IMG/VR virus record: IMGVR_UViG_3300032117_000012
Source of the DNA: a virus
Lineage: Duplodnaviria; Heunggongvirae; Uroviricota; Caudoviricetes
DNA length: 64,000 nt
Strand: one strand, 5' to 3'
In this document: positions 1 to 9,447 of the stretch, one piece after another
How positions within the stretch are numbered: the first letter of the stretch is position 1
Layout of the letters: every line of letters begins with the position of its first letter
Made by a program: the position numbers and the translations under genes
The notes under the pieces: model-generated
Seen by the model: only the letters and a program-made list of their open reading frames with translations
The model's database searches: none
What the model was told of the DNA's origin: nothing

Positions 1-154
1 GTTGAAAAATTAAATTTGGGATCAGTTCAGCAAACAACTATGCATTTGACTTGTAATCAAAAACGCAAAAGTTGATCCCGTTGATTAAAGGTTAATTACC
101 GCATTTAATCAGTTTACCAAAACCGACGCTATTATGTTCTCATAATAGCGAAAT

Positions 155-1609
155 TTGTGGAACATGAACAGTCCACACTTAACCTGTAGAAAATGGAGAA
201 TTATTATGTCTTTTAAGAATGCTGTTTTGAATACACCTGTAGTAGCTCGTACCAAGAATGGTATGAGTGCATTGGAGTCCACTCTTAGCAATACTACTGA
301 CCTATTTTTTAAGATCGGTGCAAGCCGTGGTAAGGATATTTCGGTAAATTTGCTTAAGGCATATCATGAAGATCGTGACCTTACCCTTCGTATCATCCAA
401 TGGGCACGAGATGTTCGTGGTGGAGCAGGTGAACGCCAGCTGTTCCGTCAAGCTCTCAAGCTAATTGAAAAGAATTTCAAGAGTGATCTTCTGGATACTA
501 CTCTTCTTGTTAATGTCCCTGAAATTGGACGTTGGGACGATCTTTTGATTTTTGAAGATGTAGAAGTTAAGGCATATGCATTTTCTTTGATTGCAAAGGC
601 GTTGGAGGCTGGAAATGGTCTATGTGCAAAGTGGATGCCTCGTAAGGGTGCGGTTGCTGTAGAACTCCGTAGCTATCTTGGATGGAGTCCTAAGTTCTAT
701 CGTAAGCGTCTTGTAGAACTTACCAAGGTTGTAGAAACTCAAATGTGTTCTAAGGAATGGGATACCATCAACTTTAGCCACGTTCCTTCACTTGCAATGT
801 CTCGTTACTCTAAGGCATTTGGTAAGAATGCTCCTGATGCATTTACTTCCTATAAGGAAGCCTTGAAGAAGGGTGATGATCCTAAGGTCAAGGTAAATGC
901 GGGAGCAGTTTATCCTTACGACATTGTTAAGAACGTTCGTTATGGGGATAATTCTCTTGCTGATGAGCAATGGAAAGCTTTGCCAAACTATGTTGGTGAT
1001 GCAATGGCCCTACCATTGGTTGATGTTTCAGGGTCTATGACTTCTAAGGTTGGAGGTAGCTCTACTATCTCTTGTCTGGATGTTGCAGTATCTCTTGGTT
1101 TGTATCTTTCTGATAAGAATACAGGAGCATTCAAGGATCTATTCTTGACCTTTAGCAGCAAGCCTAAGTTTGAACATCTGAAGGGGACTCTTTCTCAGAA
1201 GCTTCGCCAAATGGAAAGTTCACATTGGGAAATGTCTACTGATCTTCATTCGGCGTTTAATGAAATTCTGCGAGTAGCGGTTTCTAATCGAGTTCCACCT
1301 GAAGACATGCCTAAGGCTCTTCTGATCCTTTCCGATATGCAGTTTAATTGCTGTATGAATTATGATGATACTGCATTCCAGATGATTCATCGTAAGTATC
1401 ATGAAGCTGGATATGAAGCTCCTAACGTCATCTTTTGGAATTTGAATTCCTCTGACAATGTGCCTGTTCGTTTCGATGAAAAGGGTACTGCACTTGTCTC
1501 TGGATTTTCTCCTTCCATTATGAAGTCGATATTGGATGGAGATATGTCTGGAATGACACCAGAAGGTATCATGAAGAAGGCAGTCCTTTCGGATCGTTAT
1601 TCTTATTGA
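155..1609 (+). CDS. vWA (von Willebrand A) domain protein with MIDAS motif DVSGSMTS; alpha-helical N-terminal region; DUF2828-like/Ro60-like architecture (unresolved). Likely start at ATG 206 preceded by GGAG
   Basis: 467-484 aa ORF; DxSxS MIDAS at VDVSGSMTSKVGG; rho-independent terminator directly downstream. Confidence 0.6.
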   Translation: MWNMNSPHLTCRKWRIIMSFKNAVLNTPVVARTKNGMSALESTLSNTTDLFFKIGASRGKDISVNLLKAYHEDRDLTLRIIQWARDVRGGAGERQLFRQALKLIEKNFKSDLLDTTLLVNVPEIGRWDDLLIFEDVEVKAYAFSLIAKALEAGNGLCAKWMPRKGAVAVELRSYLGWSPKFYRKRLVELTKVVETQMCSKEWDTINFSHVPSLAMSRYSKAFGKNAPDAFTSYKEALKKGDDPKVKVNAGAVYPYDIVKNVRYGDNSLADEQWKALPNYVGDAMALPLVDVSGSMTSKVGGSSTISCLDVAVSLGLYLSDKNTGAFKDLFLTFSSKPKFEHLKGTLSQKLRQMESSHWEMSTDLHSAFNEILRVAVSNRVPPEDMPKALLILSDMQFNCCMNYDDTAFQMIHRKYHEAGYEAPNVIFWNLNSSDNVPVRFDEKGTALVSGFSPSIMKSILDGDMSGMTPEGIMKKAVLSDRYSY

Positions 1610-1698
1610 ATAATTTATTGCTATGGTATACAAACCATACAGTCTGTGCCTGATATATTGAAATGTGATATCAGGAATTGTCAGACCAATAAATAAAA

Positions 1699-1737
1699 GG
1701 TGGAATGTCGTTGTGATGGAGGGCATTCCACCTTTTT
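1699..1737 (+). terminator. rho-independent terminator after vWA gene
   Basis: GGTGGAATG...CATTCCACC hairpin followed by TTTTT. Confidence 0.6.
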
Positions 1738-1782
1738 CATAGTTATAATGTGTATAATATACGATGAATCGATTATTAGATG

Positions 1783-1813
1783 TTGACAGTCTAAATTTTA
1801 TACTCTATAAATA
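1783..1813 (+). promoter_or_regulatory. promoter upstream of tRNA-Ala: TTGACA-17nt-TATAAA, overlapping T4 late-type TATAAATA
   Basis: TTGACA at 1783-1788, tataaata at 1806-1813, tRNA starts 1825. Confidence 0.4.
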
Positions 1814-1824
1814 GATATGTAAAT

Positions 1825-1900
1825 GGGGATGTAGCTCAGTTGGGAGAGCAGAAGCTTTGCAAGCTTAAGGTCAGGAGTTCGAGCCTCCTCATCTCCACCA
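1825..1900 (+). tRNA. tRNA-Ala(TGC), CCA encoded
   Basis: GGGGATGTAGCTCAGTTGGGAGAGC... cloverleaf by hand; anticodon loop TTTGCAA; T-loop TTCGAGC. Confidence 0.8.
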
Positions 1901-1991
1901 ATTTTTAGGAATTTTATATGAGTGGCAGTTGGATTAACAATAAAAGTCACCAACCATCTGAGGGATGGGGCGGTTTAAAATAATAAATTAT

Positions 1992-2062
1992 GGGGCTACC
2001 GATGGGTCGGGTGGCAGGCTGGCAGTCTACTAACCGGGATTCGATTTCCCGTAGCTCCACCA
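1992..2062 (+). ncRNA. miniature tRNA-like element: 7-bp acceptor-like stem (GGGGCTA/TAGCTCC), canonical T-arm (CGGGA TTCGATT TCCCG), discriminator A and CCA, but no recognisable anticodon arm
   Basis: hand folding; region between acceptor and T-arm is only 36 nt and lacks a 5-7-5 stem-loop. Confidence 0.45.
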
Positions 2063-2076
2063 AAGTTTTATAGGTT

Positions 2077-2133
2077 CAGCTTGCTCGTGGGAGCTAGTGC
2101 ATTAAGGTAGATTCGACTTCTACAAGCTGTTCA
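2077..2133 (+). ncRNA. second mini tRNA-like element: CAGCTTG/CAAGCTG closing stem enclosing a T-arm-like hairpin GTAGA TTCGACT TCTAC
   Basis: hand folding; 57 nt; no anticodon arm. Confidence 0.35.
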
Positions 2134-2424
2134 TCAATCTCCCTAGAGGGGATCTGGCTGTGGGTATCTGAAGAGATAAGGTTATGACGGCAGGATACGG
2201 GAAGCCAGTCATATAAATTAGAGGATCTTCCTCTGTGAAACATTACAACAAGCTTCAAGTCTTAATGGCTAAGAAAGCGTTTATATTTTAGGATATAAAC
2301 ACCTACGAAACCAAACGATTTTGCATTTCTAGTAATGGGGAATGGATGAAGAAGATCCTTTATTGTATCTTCTATAGCATAATTTAAGATATACGTTGAG
2401 ATACGTTATTAAGTCTTTATTTTA

Positions 2425-2901
2425 TTGCCAAAGTCGTTTAGACAAGAGAATACAATGTTAAAGAAAATCGCACTAGGATTAACATTTGCCCTAGCTTTCG
2501 TTACCATGGCTCCATCAGTAGCCTATGCAGCAAATAATCAAAATGAAATTAACTGCCTTGCACAAAACATATATTTTGAGGCTGGAAACCAACCCGAACG
2601 TGGCAAGATTGCAGTTGCAACTACAGTGATGAATAGGATTAGGGATGGCCGATTTGGTAGTTCCGCCTGCTCAGTTATACATCAAAGAACAAAACGCACT
2701 TGCCAATTTTCATGGGTTTGTACACATGCAAAAGTACGAGACAGAAAATTGTATGCAAGCGTTATCCCAATAGCGGAAAGAGTATATAATGGTCAAACAA
2801 ATGATCCATCTAACGGGTCATTATTTTTTAGATCAACCCGCTTGACATGCAAACATAGATATGCTATAAGAATTGGTCAGTTAGTTTTCTATAAGGTTTA
2901 A
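2425..2901 (+). CDS. secreted cell wall hydrolase, SleB/Hydrolase_2 family
   Basis: signal peptide MLKKIALGLTFALAFVTMAPSVAYA; motifs GKIAVATTVMNRIRD, FGSSACSVIHQ...CQFSW typical of SleB-type hydrolases. Confidence 0.65.
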   Translation: MPKSFRQENTMLKKIALGLTFALAFVTMAPSVAYAANNQNEINCLAQNIYFEAGNQPERGKIAVATTVMNRIRDGRFGSSACSVIHQRTKRTCQFSWVCTHAKVRDRKLYASVIPIAERVYNGQTNDPSNGSLFFRSTRLTCKHRYAIRIGQLVFYKV

Positions 2902-3059
2902 ATAATGGCAAGTAACGTGTATGATGAATTGGCGATTGATTTTGTTAAAGTCGCCCGCCTAAATAAATTCCAAGCAAATATTATTGTAGATTTCTTAAAA
3001 AATGAGGGATTTATTGATTATGATCAGTTAAAAGAATATTACGAAGAAGAGTCTGAGTA

Positions 3060-3290
3060 ATGTCGTCTTTACCTGAGATTAAAGATCTATGCGTTATTTT
3101 AGATGGACTAGTTAAAACATATAAGATCCCTTATATGGATGCAGCTATTCATTATTGTGAAGAAAATGGAATCGAAATAGAAACTATAGCCAAAGCTATA
3201 AAATCTAATGAAAAGTTGAGGTCTAAAATCCAAACGGAGGCTGAAGACCTCAACTTTTTAACTCAAAAAACAAGTAGAATCGATTTGTGA
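3060..3290 (+). CDS. hypothetical protein
   Basis: 76-aa ORF; stop overlaps the next gene's start (ATGA-type overlap). Confidence 0.4.
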   Translation: MSSLPEIKDLCVILDGLVKTYKIPYMDAAIHYCEENGIEIETIAKAIKSNEKLRSKIQTEAEDLNFLTQKTSRIDL

Positions 3291-3862
3291 CACCATTCGA
3301 AGCATATAAACTTTATAATGCTCTAAAACAGCATTTTAGAGATGAAAAGTATAATTTTTTCAAGTACAATGGTAAGACAAAACTAACAGATTCAACATTT
3401 GAAAAAAGAAAAGATAAATATTTCTTTAAAAAACTCTCTTTACATCCAGATCCTAAAGGTTTTTTGATTGCAAATTTCTCAAAATGCGGATATACTATCT
3501 GGATTGGAGATTTAGTGAAGAGTCCTGAATATCAGGATAATTACCGCAAATGGGCGGCTTCTTTAGGATCCTTATCCTATAATCTTTCTAATGAAATTTC
3601 ATCCTTATCGGATGATTTATCGTCGTTAATAAAAACTAGCGGCGATTATCCAAAGCTATTTCAGTTGTATGTTGATGGATCCTTATCAACAGAAAGCTTA
3701 ATAGCTATGGACTATGTACTTAACTTTATCTCATATTGGGATAAGTTAATTGATGATCCCATCTTCTATCAAGATGTCATATCTCGGGTACGGAAATATA
3801 AACCTTTCGTACAAATAGATATGGTAAAAATAAAGAAAATTTTGAAAGAAAAATGGGGTTAA
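3287..3862 (+). CDS. hypothetical protein
   Basis: 191-aa ORF in a plus-strand operon with gp32. Confidence 0.5.
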   Translation: MTPFEAYKLYNALKQHFRDEKYNFFKYNGKTKLTDSTFEKRKDKYFFKKLSLHPDPKGFLIANFSKCGYTIWIGDLVKSPEYQDNYRKWAASLGSLSYNLSNEISSLSDDLSSLIKTSGDYPKLFQLYVDGSLSTESLIAMDYVLNFISYWDKLIDDPIFYQDVISRVRKYKPFVQIDMVKIKKILKEKWG

Positions 3863-3946
3863 TCCTCTTTGTTATGATATTGTGAACATAAATACTACCG
3901 AGGCTTAGATCCTCATACCATCAGAGAATATAAGAGGAAATATCAC

Positions 3947-4894
3947 ATGTCATTTAGTAAATTTAAACAATCCCAACAAGACTCTCTTCGTAAGCTTAGT
4001 GAAGATTTAGCGAAGACCGAAGGTAATAACAATAAGGCAGATGATCGTCTATGGAAGCCTACCGCAGATAAGCAAGGTAATGGTTCGGCCATCATTCGAT
4101 TTTTAGCTACACCAGCCGTAGATGGTGGCGATAGGCAACCATATGTCAAATATTACGGGCACTCATTCAAAAACGAAGCAAATGGAAAATGGTACATTGA
4201 AAAGTGCCGTTCGACAATTGGATTACCAGATCCTGTAATGGAGGTCAATGGTAAACTTTGGGAAGATGGATCGTATAACGATAAATCCCCTGAGCGTGAA
4301 CAAGCTCGTAAGCAAAAGAGACATCAACATTTCGTTGCAAATATCCTTGTGATCAAGGATACCAATGCTCCCCAGAATGAAGGTAAGATCTTTTTATATG
4401 ATTTTGGTCCCGGAATTTTCAATTTCATTAAAACAGCAATGAATCCACCTATTGATGATTTGACAAAAGAACCTTTGCATGCGGCATTTGATCCATTCAA
4501 TTTTTGGACTGGTGCAGATTTTTATATGCGTTTTAATGTTAAAAATAAGCAACGCACATATGAAAATTCTTCATGGGGCGCACCTCGTGTGTTGGCACCA
4601 GATAACGAATTGGAAAAAATCCATGCAAATGAATTTTCAATAAAAGAATTTATTGATCCAGCGACATTTAAGAGCTTTGAAGAGCTTCATAAGCGCCTCG
4701 CATTTGTTTTGGGTAGTAAGCCTGATTCGTCACCAAGAGAAGAGCCTAAGGAGCTTAAAAAGGCTCTTTCCAAGTCAATGAAAGAAGAATCAGTAGATGA
4801 GTCATTGCCTTGGGATAGTGGTTCTGACTCTAATACAACCTTTGGATCGGATGACTTCGATCCTGATGACTTCGCTAAGTTGTTAGAAGATTGA
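3947..4894 (+). CDS. 32: single-stranded DNA-binding protein, T4 gp32 family
   Basis: GNGSAIIRFLATP and KNEANGKWYIEK blocks match gp32 core; acidic C-terminal tail DSDSNTTFGSDDFDPDDF. Confidence 0.85.
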   Translation: MSFSKFKQSQQDSLRKLSEDLAKTEGNNNKADDRLWKPTADKQGNGSAIIRFLATPAVDGGDRQPYVKYYGHSFKNEANGKWYIEKCRSTIGLPDPVMEVNGKLWEDGSYNDKSPEREQARKQKRHQHFVANILVIKDTNAPQNEGKIFLYDFGPGIFNFIKTAMNPPIDDLTKEPLHAAFDPFNFWTGADFYMRFNVKNKQRTYENSSWGAPRVLAPDNELEKIHANEFSIKEFIDPATFKSFEELHKRLAFVLGSKPDSSPREEPKELKKALSKSMKEESVDESLPWDSGSDSNTTFGSDDFDPDDFAKLLED

Positions 4895-4903
4895 TATCCT
4901 AAA

Positions 4904-4934
4904 TAGGGTGGTGTAATAGCCACCCTATTTTTTT
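4904..4934 (+). terminator. rho-independent terminator after gp32
   Basis: AGGGTGG TGTAATA GCCACCCT hairpin + T7 run. Confidence 0.65.
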
Positions 4935-4949
4935 CAAAGAGATTCCTAT

Positions 4950-6011
4950 ATGAAGTTGCTTTTTATTCTCAAAAGAAGAGAAGATTATAATTCTGAAATA
5001 CATTCAAAAATTGGTCTAAGCACAGGATTATATAATTCCGCTAAATTCATGAATGATATGATGGTGGAATCTGGATTTGATTCTGTCTTAGAGGTGGCTG
5101 TCGATAATAATTGCATAGACAGACTCGTGACTGAACATAACCCAACTCACGTAATTATAGAAGCACTTTGGGTAGTACCTTCTAAATTTGCCGAGCTTAC
5201 AAAATTACATCCTAATGTGACATGGATTATTAGACTACACAGCGAAATGCCCTTCATGGCTGGCGAAGGTATTGCATTGGATTGGATGGGCGATTATGCT
5301 TCATTCAATAATGTTTTAATAGCCTGTAACGCACCAAGAATGCTAGGTGAGGTAAGGGTATTTCTAAAATCAAAATTTAGATGGTCTAATGAGAAGACAG
5401 AGGATAAGGTTATTTACCTTCCAAATTTTTACCCACAAGAATATTCAATTAAATCTTTTGATAAAGATAAATATTGGATCGATATATCTTGTTTCGGAGC
5501 GGTCAGACCTCTTAAAAATCATGTATTACAGGCTCTTGCTGCATTAAAGTTTGCTAATTCCATTAAAAAGCAATTGCGATTTCATGTGAATGGTGATAGA
5601 ATTGAGATGAAGGGAGATCCCATTCTTAATAATCTTAAGGGGATGTTCCAACATTTTTCTACTTCCACTGCCAAACATGAAATTATCATGCATACATGGT
5701 GTCCTAGAGAACAATTTTTAAAAGTATGTTCCGATATGGATATTGGAATGCAGTGTAATCATTCAGAAACGTTTAATATTGTTAGTGCAGATCTTGTTTC
5801 ACAAGGCGTCCCTATTGTAGGATCCAGTGAAATTCCTTGGGCATCTAGGTTATTCAATGCCGAGCCATATAATAGCGATGGTATTGCTAAGGCATTGACT
5901 CGCACATATATGTTTCCAAATGTCAATGTACGAAGAAATCAAAAGAAATTGTATAAATACACTAACAAGACACGTAAAATCTGGGAAAACTATTTTAAAA
6001 GGGTATCATAA
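4950..6011 (+). CDS. hypothetical protein (353 aa)
   Basis: long ORF, no motif recognised. Confidence 0.5.
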   Translation: MKLLFILKRREDYNSEIHSKIGLSTGLYNSAKFMNDMMVESGFDSVLEVAVDNNCIDRLVTEHNPTHVIIEALWVVPSKFAELTKLHPNVTWIIRLHSEMPFMAGEGIALDWMGDYASFNNVLIACNAPRMLGEVRVFLKSKFRWSNEKTEDKVIYLPNFYPQEYSIKSFDKDKYWIDISCFGAVRPLKNHVLQALAALKFANSIKKQLRFHVNGDRIEMKGDPILNNLKGMFQHFSTSTAKHEIIMHTWCPREQFLKVCSDMDIGMQCNHSETFNIVSADLVSQGVPIVGSSEIPWASRLFNAEPYNSDGIAKALTRTYMFPNVNVRRNQKKLYKYTNKTRKIWENYFKRVS

Positions 6012-6013
6012 CA

Positions 6014-6226
6014 ATGTCAAGCGAATTAGATCCTCATTCCGTAGTATTATACAAATGGGATGACCAAGGCAGACTTCAAACTACAAACAAATTTGCTAGA
6101 AATCTAGAAGAAGCTAAACGTATAGCTTCAGAATTTGAGCATGATTTGGTAAAAATTTACAACGAATTTATGGAACTGATTTCCATCAATAGCGATGGTG
6201 GTCCTGATGGAGAGATATACGCATGA
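6014..6226 (+). CDS. hypothetical protein
   Basis: 70-aa ORF abutting neighbours. Confidence 0.4.
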   Translation: MSSELDPHSVVLYKWDDQGRLQTTNKFARNLEEAKRIASEFEHDLVKIYNEFMELISINSDGGPDGEIYA

Positions 6227-6426
6227 AATATATTATTTTAGGGAATGGAATTTCTATTAATAAGGAATTCGAAACTGCGTCAGAAGCCTTTACTTTTGGA
6301 AAAGGTCTAAATGTAAATTTTGCAGTTCATGAAAAAGATATGGGTGTTATAGATCTTAAGCCTGTGATTATTGCAGAGTGCGATAAAGGTTCGAGTACAT
6401 CTGGGCCAGAGTATCTAGCAGGATAA
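6223..6426 (+). CDS. hypothetical protein
   Basis: 67-aa ORF, overlapping start/stop with upstream gene. Confidence 0.4.
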   Translation: MKYIILGNGISINKEFETASEAFTFGKGLNVNFAVHEKDMGVIDLKPVIIAECDKGSSTSGPEYLAG

Positions 6427-6455
6427 TAAAAAGGGGAGCTAATGCTCCCCTTTAG
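6426..6455. terminator. bidirectional rho-independent terminator between convergent genes
   Basis: A-run, GGGGAGC TAAT GCTCCCC hairpin, T-run. Confidence 0.6.
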
Positions 6456-6494
6456 TTTATAGACAGTTATTATTTTGTTCTAGTCTAATTTTAT

Positions 6495-6791
6495 TTAGTT
6501 GTTGGATGATCCACTGTCGCCAGCATCATCTGGTTGGGGAGTAGGTTTCTTTTTAGGAACAAATTTTTCGACACCACTTATACCAAGGCATCCGATTATT
6601 AGATATACTAAAGAATCGTAGATAAATTCGGTAATAGTCTTTCCATAATATAAATTGGAAGCCCAAGTAGCAACCACCATCATCAAACAGATAAATGCGA
6701 CCCATCGTTTAGAGGAAGGGACGCCATCGTAATCCTGAAGAATTTTTGATACATATGAAAATGCGAGAGTTATTTTCATTAATTGCTCCAA
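6495..6791 (-). CDS. small membrane protein (2 predicted TM helices)
   Basis: hydrophobic stretches; ORF abuts next gene. Confidence 0.45.
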   Translation of the reverse strand: MEQLMKITLAFSYVSKILQDYDGVPSSKRWVAFICLMMVVATWASNLYYGKTITEFIYDSLVYLIIGCLGISGVEKFVPKKKPTPQPDDAGDSGSSNN

Positions 6792-8590
6792 TAATTTAAA
6801 TCTAATGAATTTCTTGGTGCTGCCGTTGGAGAAATAGTTACTCCACCACCGCTACCACCAGCACTTGAATTGTTTGTTTTATTATTTATAATAGTATGAC
6901 CGGCAGTAGCAAATTGCTTAGATGTTTTAGCATCCTTCCTTTTTTCATGTTCTCTATCCATGGTCACCAATTGTTTTGATTTTTCTTGTAATGGCGCATG
7001 TATTTTAGTGGCAGGATGAGTTTTAGGTGTAGCTATCATAGGACTTCGTTTAGTAGTTGGTGTAGCCGTGGGTGCGGGAGACGCATCCCCACCATCAAAT
7101 AATTTATAAGCCCCATATCCCAAAGCCGCTGTACCAGCGACAGCAGCCGCTCCGGCTAATACTTCTGGTGCAGCTAGAACAGCTCCAACGCCCGCTAGAC
7201 CCTCTCCTATACCAGCTAGTAGGCCACCACCTTCTACTAACCCTCCTAACGCCTCTGCGCCCCCTACAGCGGCACCTGCCTCTCCACCTAATGCCTCAGC
7301 CCCAGCCGCTTCAGGAGCGGCATCTTTTAAGAGACTTCCACCTTTAGGAGATTTACCATTACCAAATAAATTTTTAACTTTAGGACCAACTTTAGAAAGA
7401 ACATGCTCTCCTACCTTTTCTTCAGCAACACCAGCAGCAACTTTAGTTGCATCATGTAGGAAACTACCTTTATTCCCTTCACCTTCTTCATCTTTAGATT
7501 CTTCATCTTTAGATTCTCTGGTGAACAACTTTTTAAGTTTCTCTCCTACACTTGTCTTGCTTTTTTCTGATACTTGTTCTGCATCATGGCGCTCTTTATC
7601 CTCACGTTCATTAAGCTTTTCTACTTGCTCATGTTCTTGTTTTTCTTCTTCTTTTATTTTACCTGTCATCATATATGAAAGAATATTCGATACGTTCTTA
7701 TCTATCGACATTAATAATTTAGAAGAATCTAGATTCATAATTGGGAACGCATGTTCTCTTTTAATAGGTTCTTTATCTTTTTTGAACCAATTCATTACCT
7801 TTGCAATATCATCCATAATTGGCATGTGAACAGCCAATCGTTCATGAACGTGTCCTACATATTTCTTGGCCGCATCGCCAGCCAGTCTCTTAACTTTATC
7901 ACGATGGTTATTTACCTTATCGTGCTGGTCACCTAATTTTTTATTATGGTCATTAGCATGATTATTTAAATGTTCGGTAATATCATTTTTAGAAAGTGGT
8001 ATTCCATCTTTTCTATAAGAAAAGTCATTGGGAGACATCGGAGCAATACCCATCTTTTTAAGACGAGTTTTTTCTGCATTTGTAAGATCCATTAACTTAC
8101 CAAGAGACTCTCTCTCATTGATAGGTTTGCGCTTAATAAATGCATCTTTGATATTATCAAGAACTTTACTTAGATTATCTAATACTTTACTAGATTTATC
8201 TAGATTAGCGTCAATATGATTCAAAGATTCTTTTAAATTATCACTTGATTTATCTAGATTAGCGTCAATATGATTCAAAGATTCTTTTAAATTATCACTT
8301 GATTTATCTAGATTAGCGTCAATATGATTCAAAGATTCTTTTAAATTATCACTTGATACCTTAGGAAGTCGAGGCTTATCACTTTCTTGTTTTTGTGCTT
8401 GGGGTTCTGGTTTCAGTAACTCAGCTGTTGATACATCTTCTTGTACTTCCGCAGTTTTAACTGTTGCAGAAACACGGTCAAGCATTTTAGCAGTAGCTAT
8501 CGGAGCTTCTTTTTTCCCGGCAAACCATTTTCCATTCGATTCATCAAATGAATATTTTTCGCCATTGATGGTAATAGGTTCTTTAGCCAT
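6779..8590 (-). CDS. large repeat-containing protein: three perfect 18-aa repeats (DKSSDNLKESLNHIDANL), K/E-rich coiled-coil middle, Gly/Ala-rich low-complexity region
   Basis: 603-aa ORF; 54-bp tandem repeats seen directly in DNA. Confidence 0.6.
   Translation of the reverse strand: MAKEPITINGEKYSFDESNGKWFAGKKEAPIATAKMLDRVSATVKTAEVQEDVSTAELLKPEPQAQKQESDKPRLPKVSSDNLKESLNHIDANLDKSSDNLKESLNHIDANLDKSSDNLKESLNHIDANLDKSSKVLDNLSKVLDNIKDAFIKRKPINERESLGKLMDLTNAEKTRLKKMGIAPMSPNDFSYRKDGIPLSKNDITEHLNNHANDHNKKLGDQHDKVNNHRDKVKRLAGDAAKKYVGHVHERLAVHMPIMDDIAKVMNWFKKDKEPIKREHAFPIMNLDSSKLLMSIDKNVSNILSYMMTGKIKEEEKQEHEQVEKLNEREDKERHDAEQVSEKSKTSVGEKLKKLFTRESKDEESKDEEGEGNKGSFLHDATKVAAGVAEEKVGEHVLSKVGPKVKNLFGNGKSPKGGSLLKDAAPEAAGAEALGGEAGAAVGGAEALGGLVEGGGLLAGIGEGLAGVGAVLAAPEVLAGAAAVAGTAALGYGAYKLFDGGDASPAPTATPTTKRSPMIATPKTHPATKIHAPLQEKSKQLVTMDREHEKRKDAKTSKQFATAGHTIINNKTNNSSAGGSGGGVTISPTAAPRNSLDLNYWSN
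8193..8357. repeat. 3 x 54-bp perfect tandem repeat inside CDS 6779..8590
   Basis: unit gattcaaagattcttttaaattatcacttgatttatctagattagcgtcaatat repeated identically. Confidence 0.8.
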
Positions 8591-8746
8591 CGTTATTCTC
8601 TAGTTCCTCTTTAAGCTTCTGTTGTATTAAACCCGAATAGATATCTCTTTCAAAAGGAAATAAATTTTCTATTTCTGGTATAGAGAAATTATGTCGCTGA
8701 GTCAAATTAAATATTAAATAGTAATAGTTTATTAACGAATTATGAC

Positions 8747-9436
8747 TCAGCCCCACGGAAAAAAATCAGCAATTCCTTCCAATTCAATAATTCTATCATT
8801 CTTTTTAGTATTGGTATACTTAATAGTATGGCGAAGTTTTGGCATTGTATCTACAAATTCATCTAAAATCTTTTCATAATTTACTTTTCCAAAATTATTT
8901 ATGAATTCCTGTTTTTCTTCTAAGCTATATGATGCAGCATCATATACTTTATCTCCTTCATAAATCGTTTCCAGACAGGATGCTATCATATCAATTTTAG
9001 TTTTTACCGATGTATCATTAATAGTAGGGTATCGGAATTGAATTTTAATATCATTTCCGATATCTATTAATGTATGATGTTCTGGAAATATAGTGGGCTT
9101 AATAGAATCTATATCGACATCAAATGAATATATCTTATTATCCTCTTTATCTCTATATCGTAGGGTCACAACATCATTGACAGATTTGGCTCTAATTTGT
9201 AAAAATAGATACTCTACATCAAATATTGGTAGTTTATTGACATCTATAGAACTGTCACCAAGACAATTTGTTAATACTTGTTTAACAGCATTCGCTGTAT
9301 CTTTTGGATCATTGCTTTCTTGGGCTATAAGAAATATTTTTTCTTCTCTTACAGTAAAGGGTCTAAATTTTACTTTATCTTTTACACTGATCAAAGATGT
9401 CTCAAAAGTTGGAGCGGAAATAATTGGAAGAGTCAT
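8747..9436 (-). CDS. putative virion/baseplate-associated protein
   Basis: 229-aa ORF adjacent to structural block; no specific motif. Confidence 0.35.
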   Translation of the reverse strand: MTLPIISAPTFETSLISVKDKVKFRPFTVREEKIFLIAQESNDPKDTANAVKQVLTNCLGDSSIDVNKLPIFDVEYLFLQIRAKSVNDVVTLRYRDKEDNKIYSFDVDIDSIKPTIFPEHHTLIDIGNDIKIQFRYPTINDTSVKTKIDMIASCLETIYEGDKVYDAASYSLEEKQEFINNFGKVNYEKILDEFVDTMPKLRHTIKYTNTKKNDRIIELEGIADFFPWG

Positions 9437-9447
9437 TTAAAACCTCA

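Noticed and set aside
155-1609. Calling the vWA protein a Ro60/TROVE orthologue outright
   Set aside because: Architecture (helical N-terminus + C-terminal vWA/MIDAS) and adjacent tRNA-like RNAs are suggestive, but the N-terminal Ro60 signature block (GSEGGTYY-type) is absent. Left as a hypothesis; DUF2828-type vWA protein is equally likely
7072-8219. Plus-strand ORFs inside the 603-aa repeat gene (7072-7347, 7521-7829, 7751-7936, 8028-8219)
   Set aside because: Antisense to a long well-supported minus-strand ORF; Leu/Pro/Ser-rich antisense-type composition
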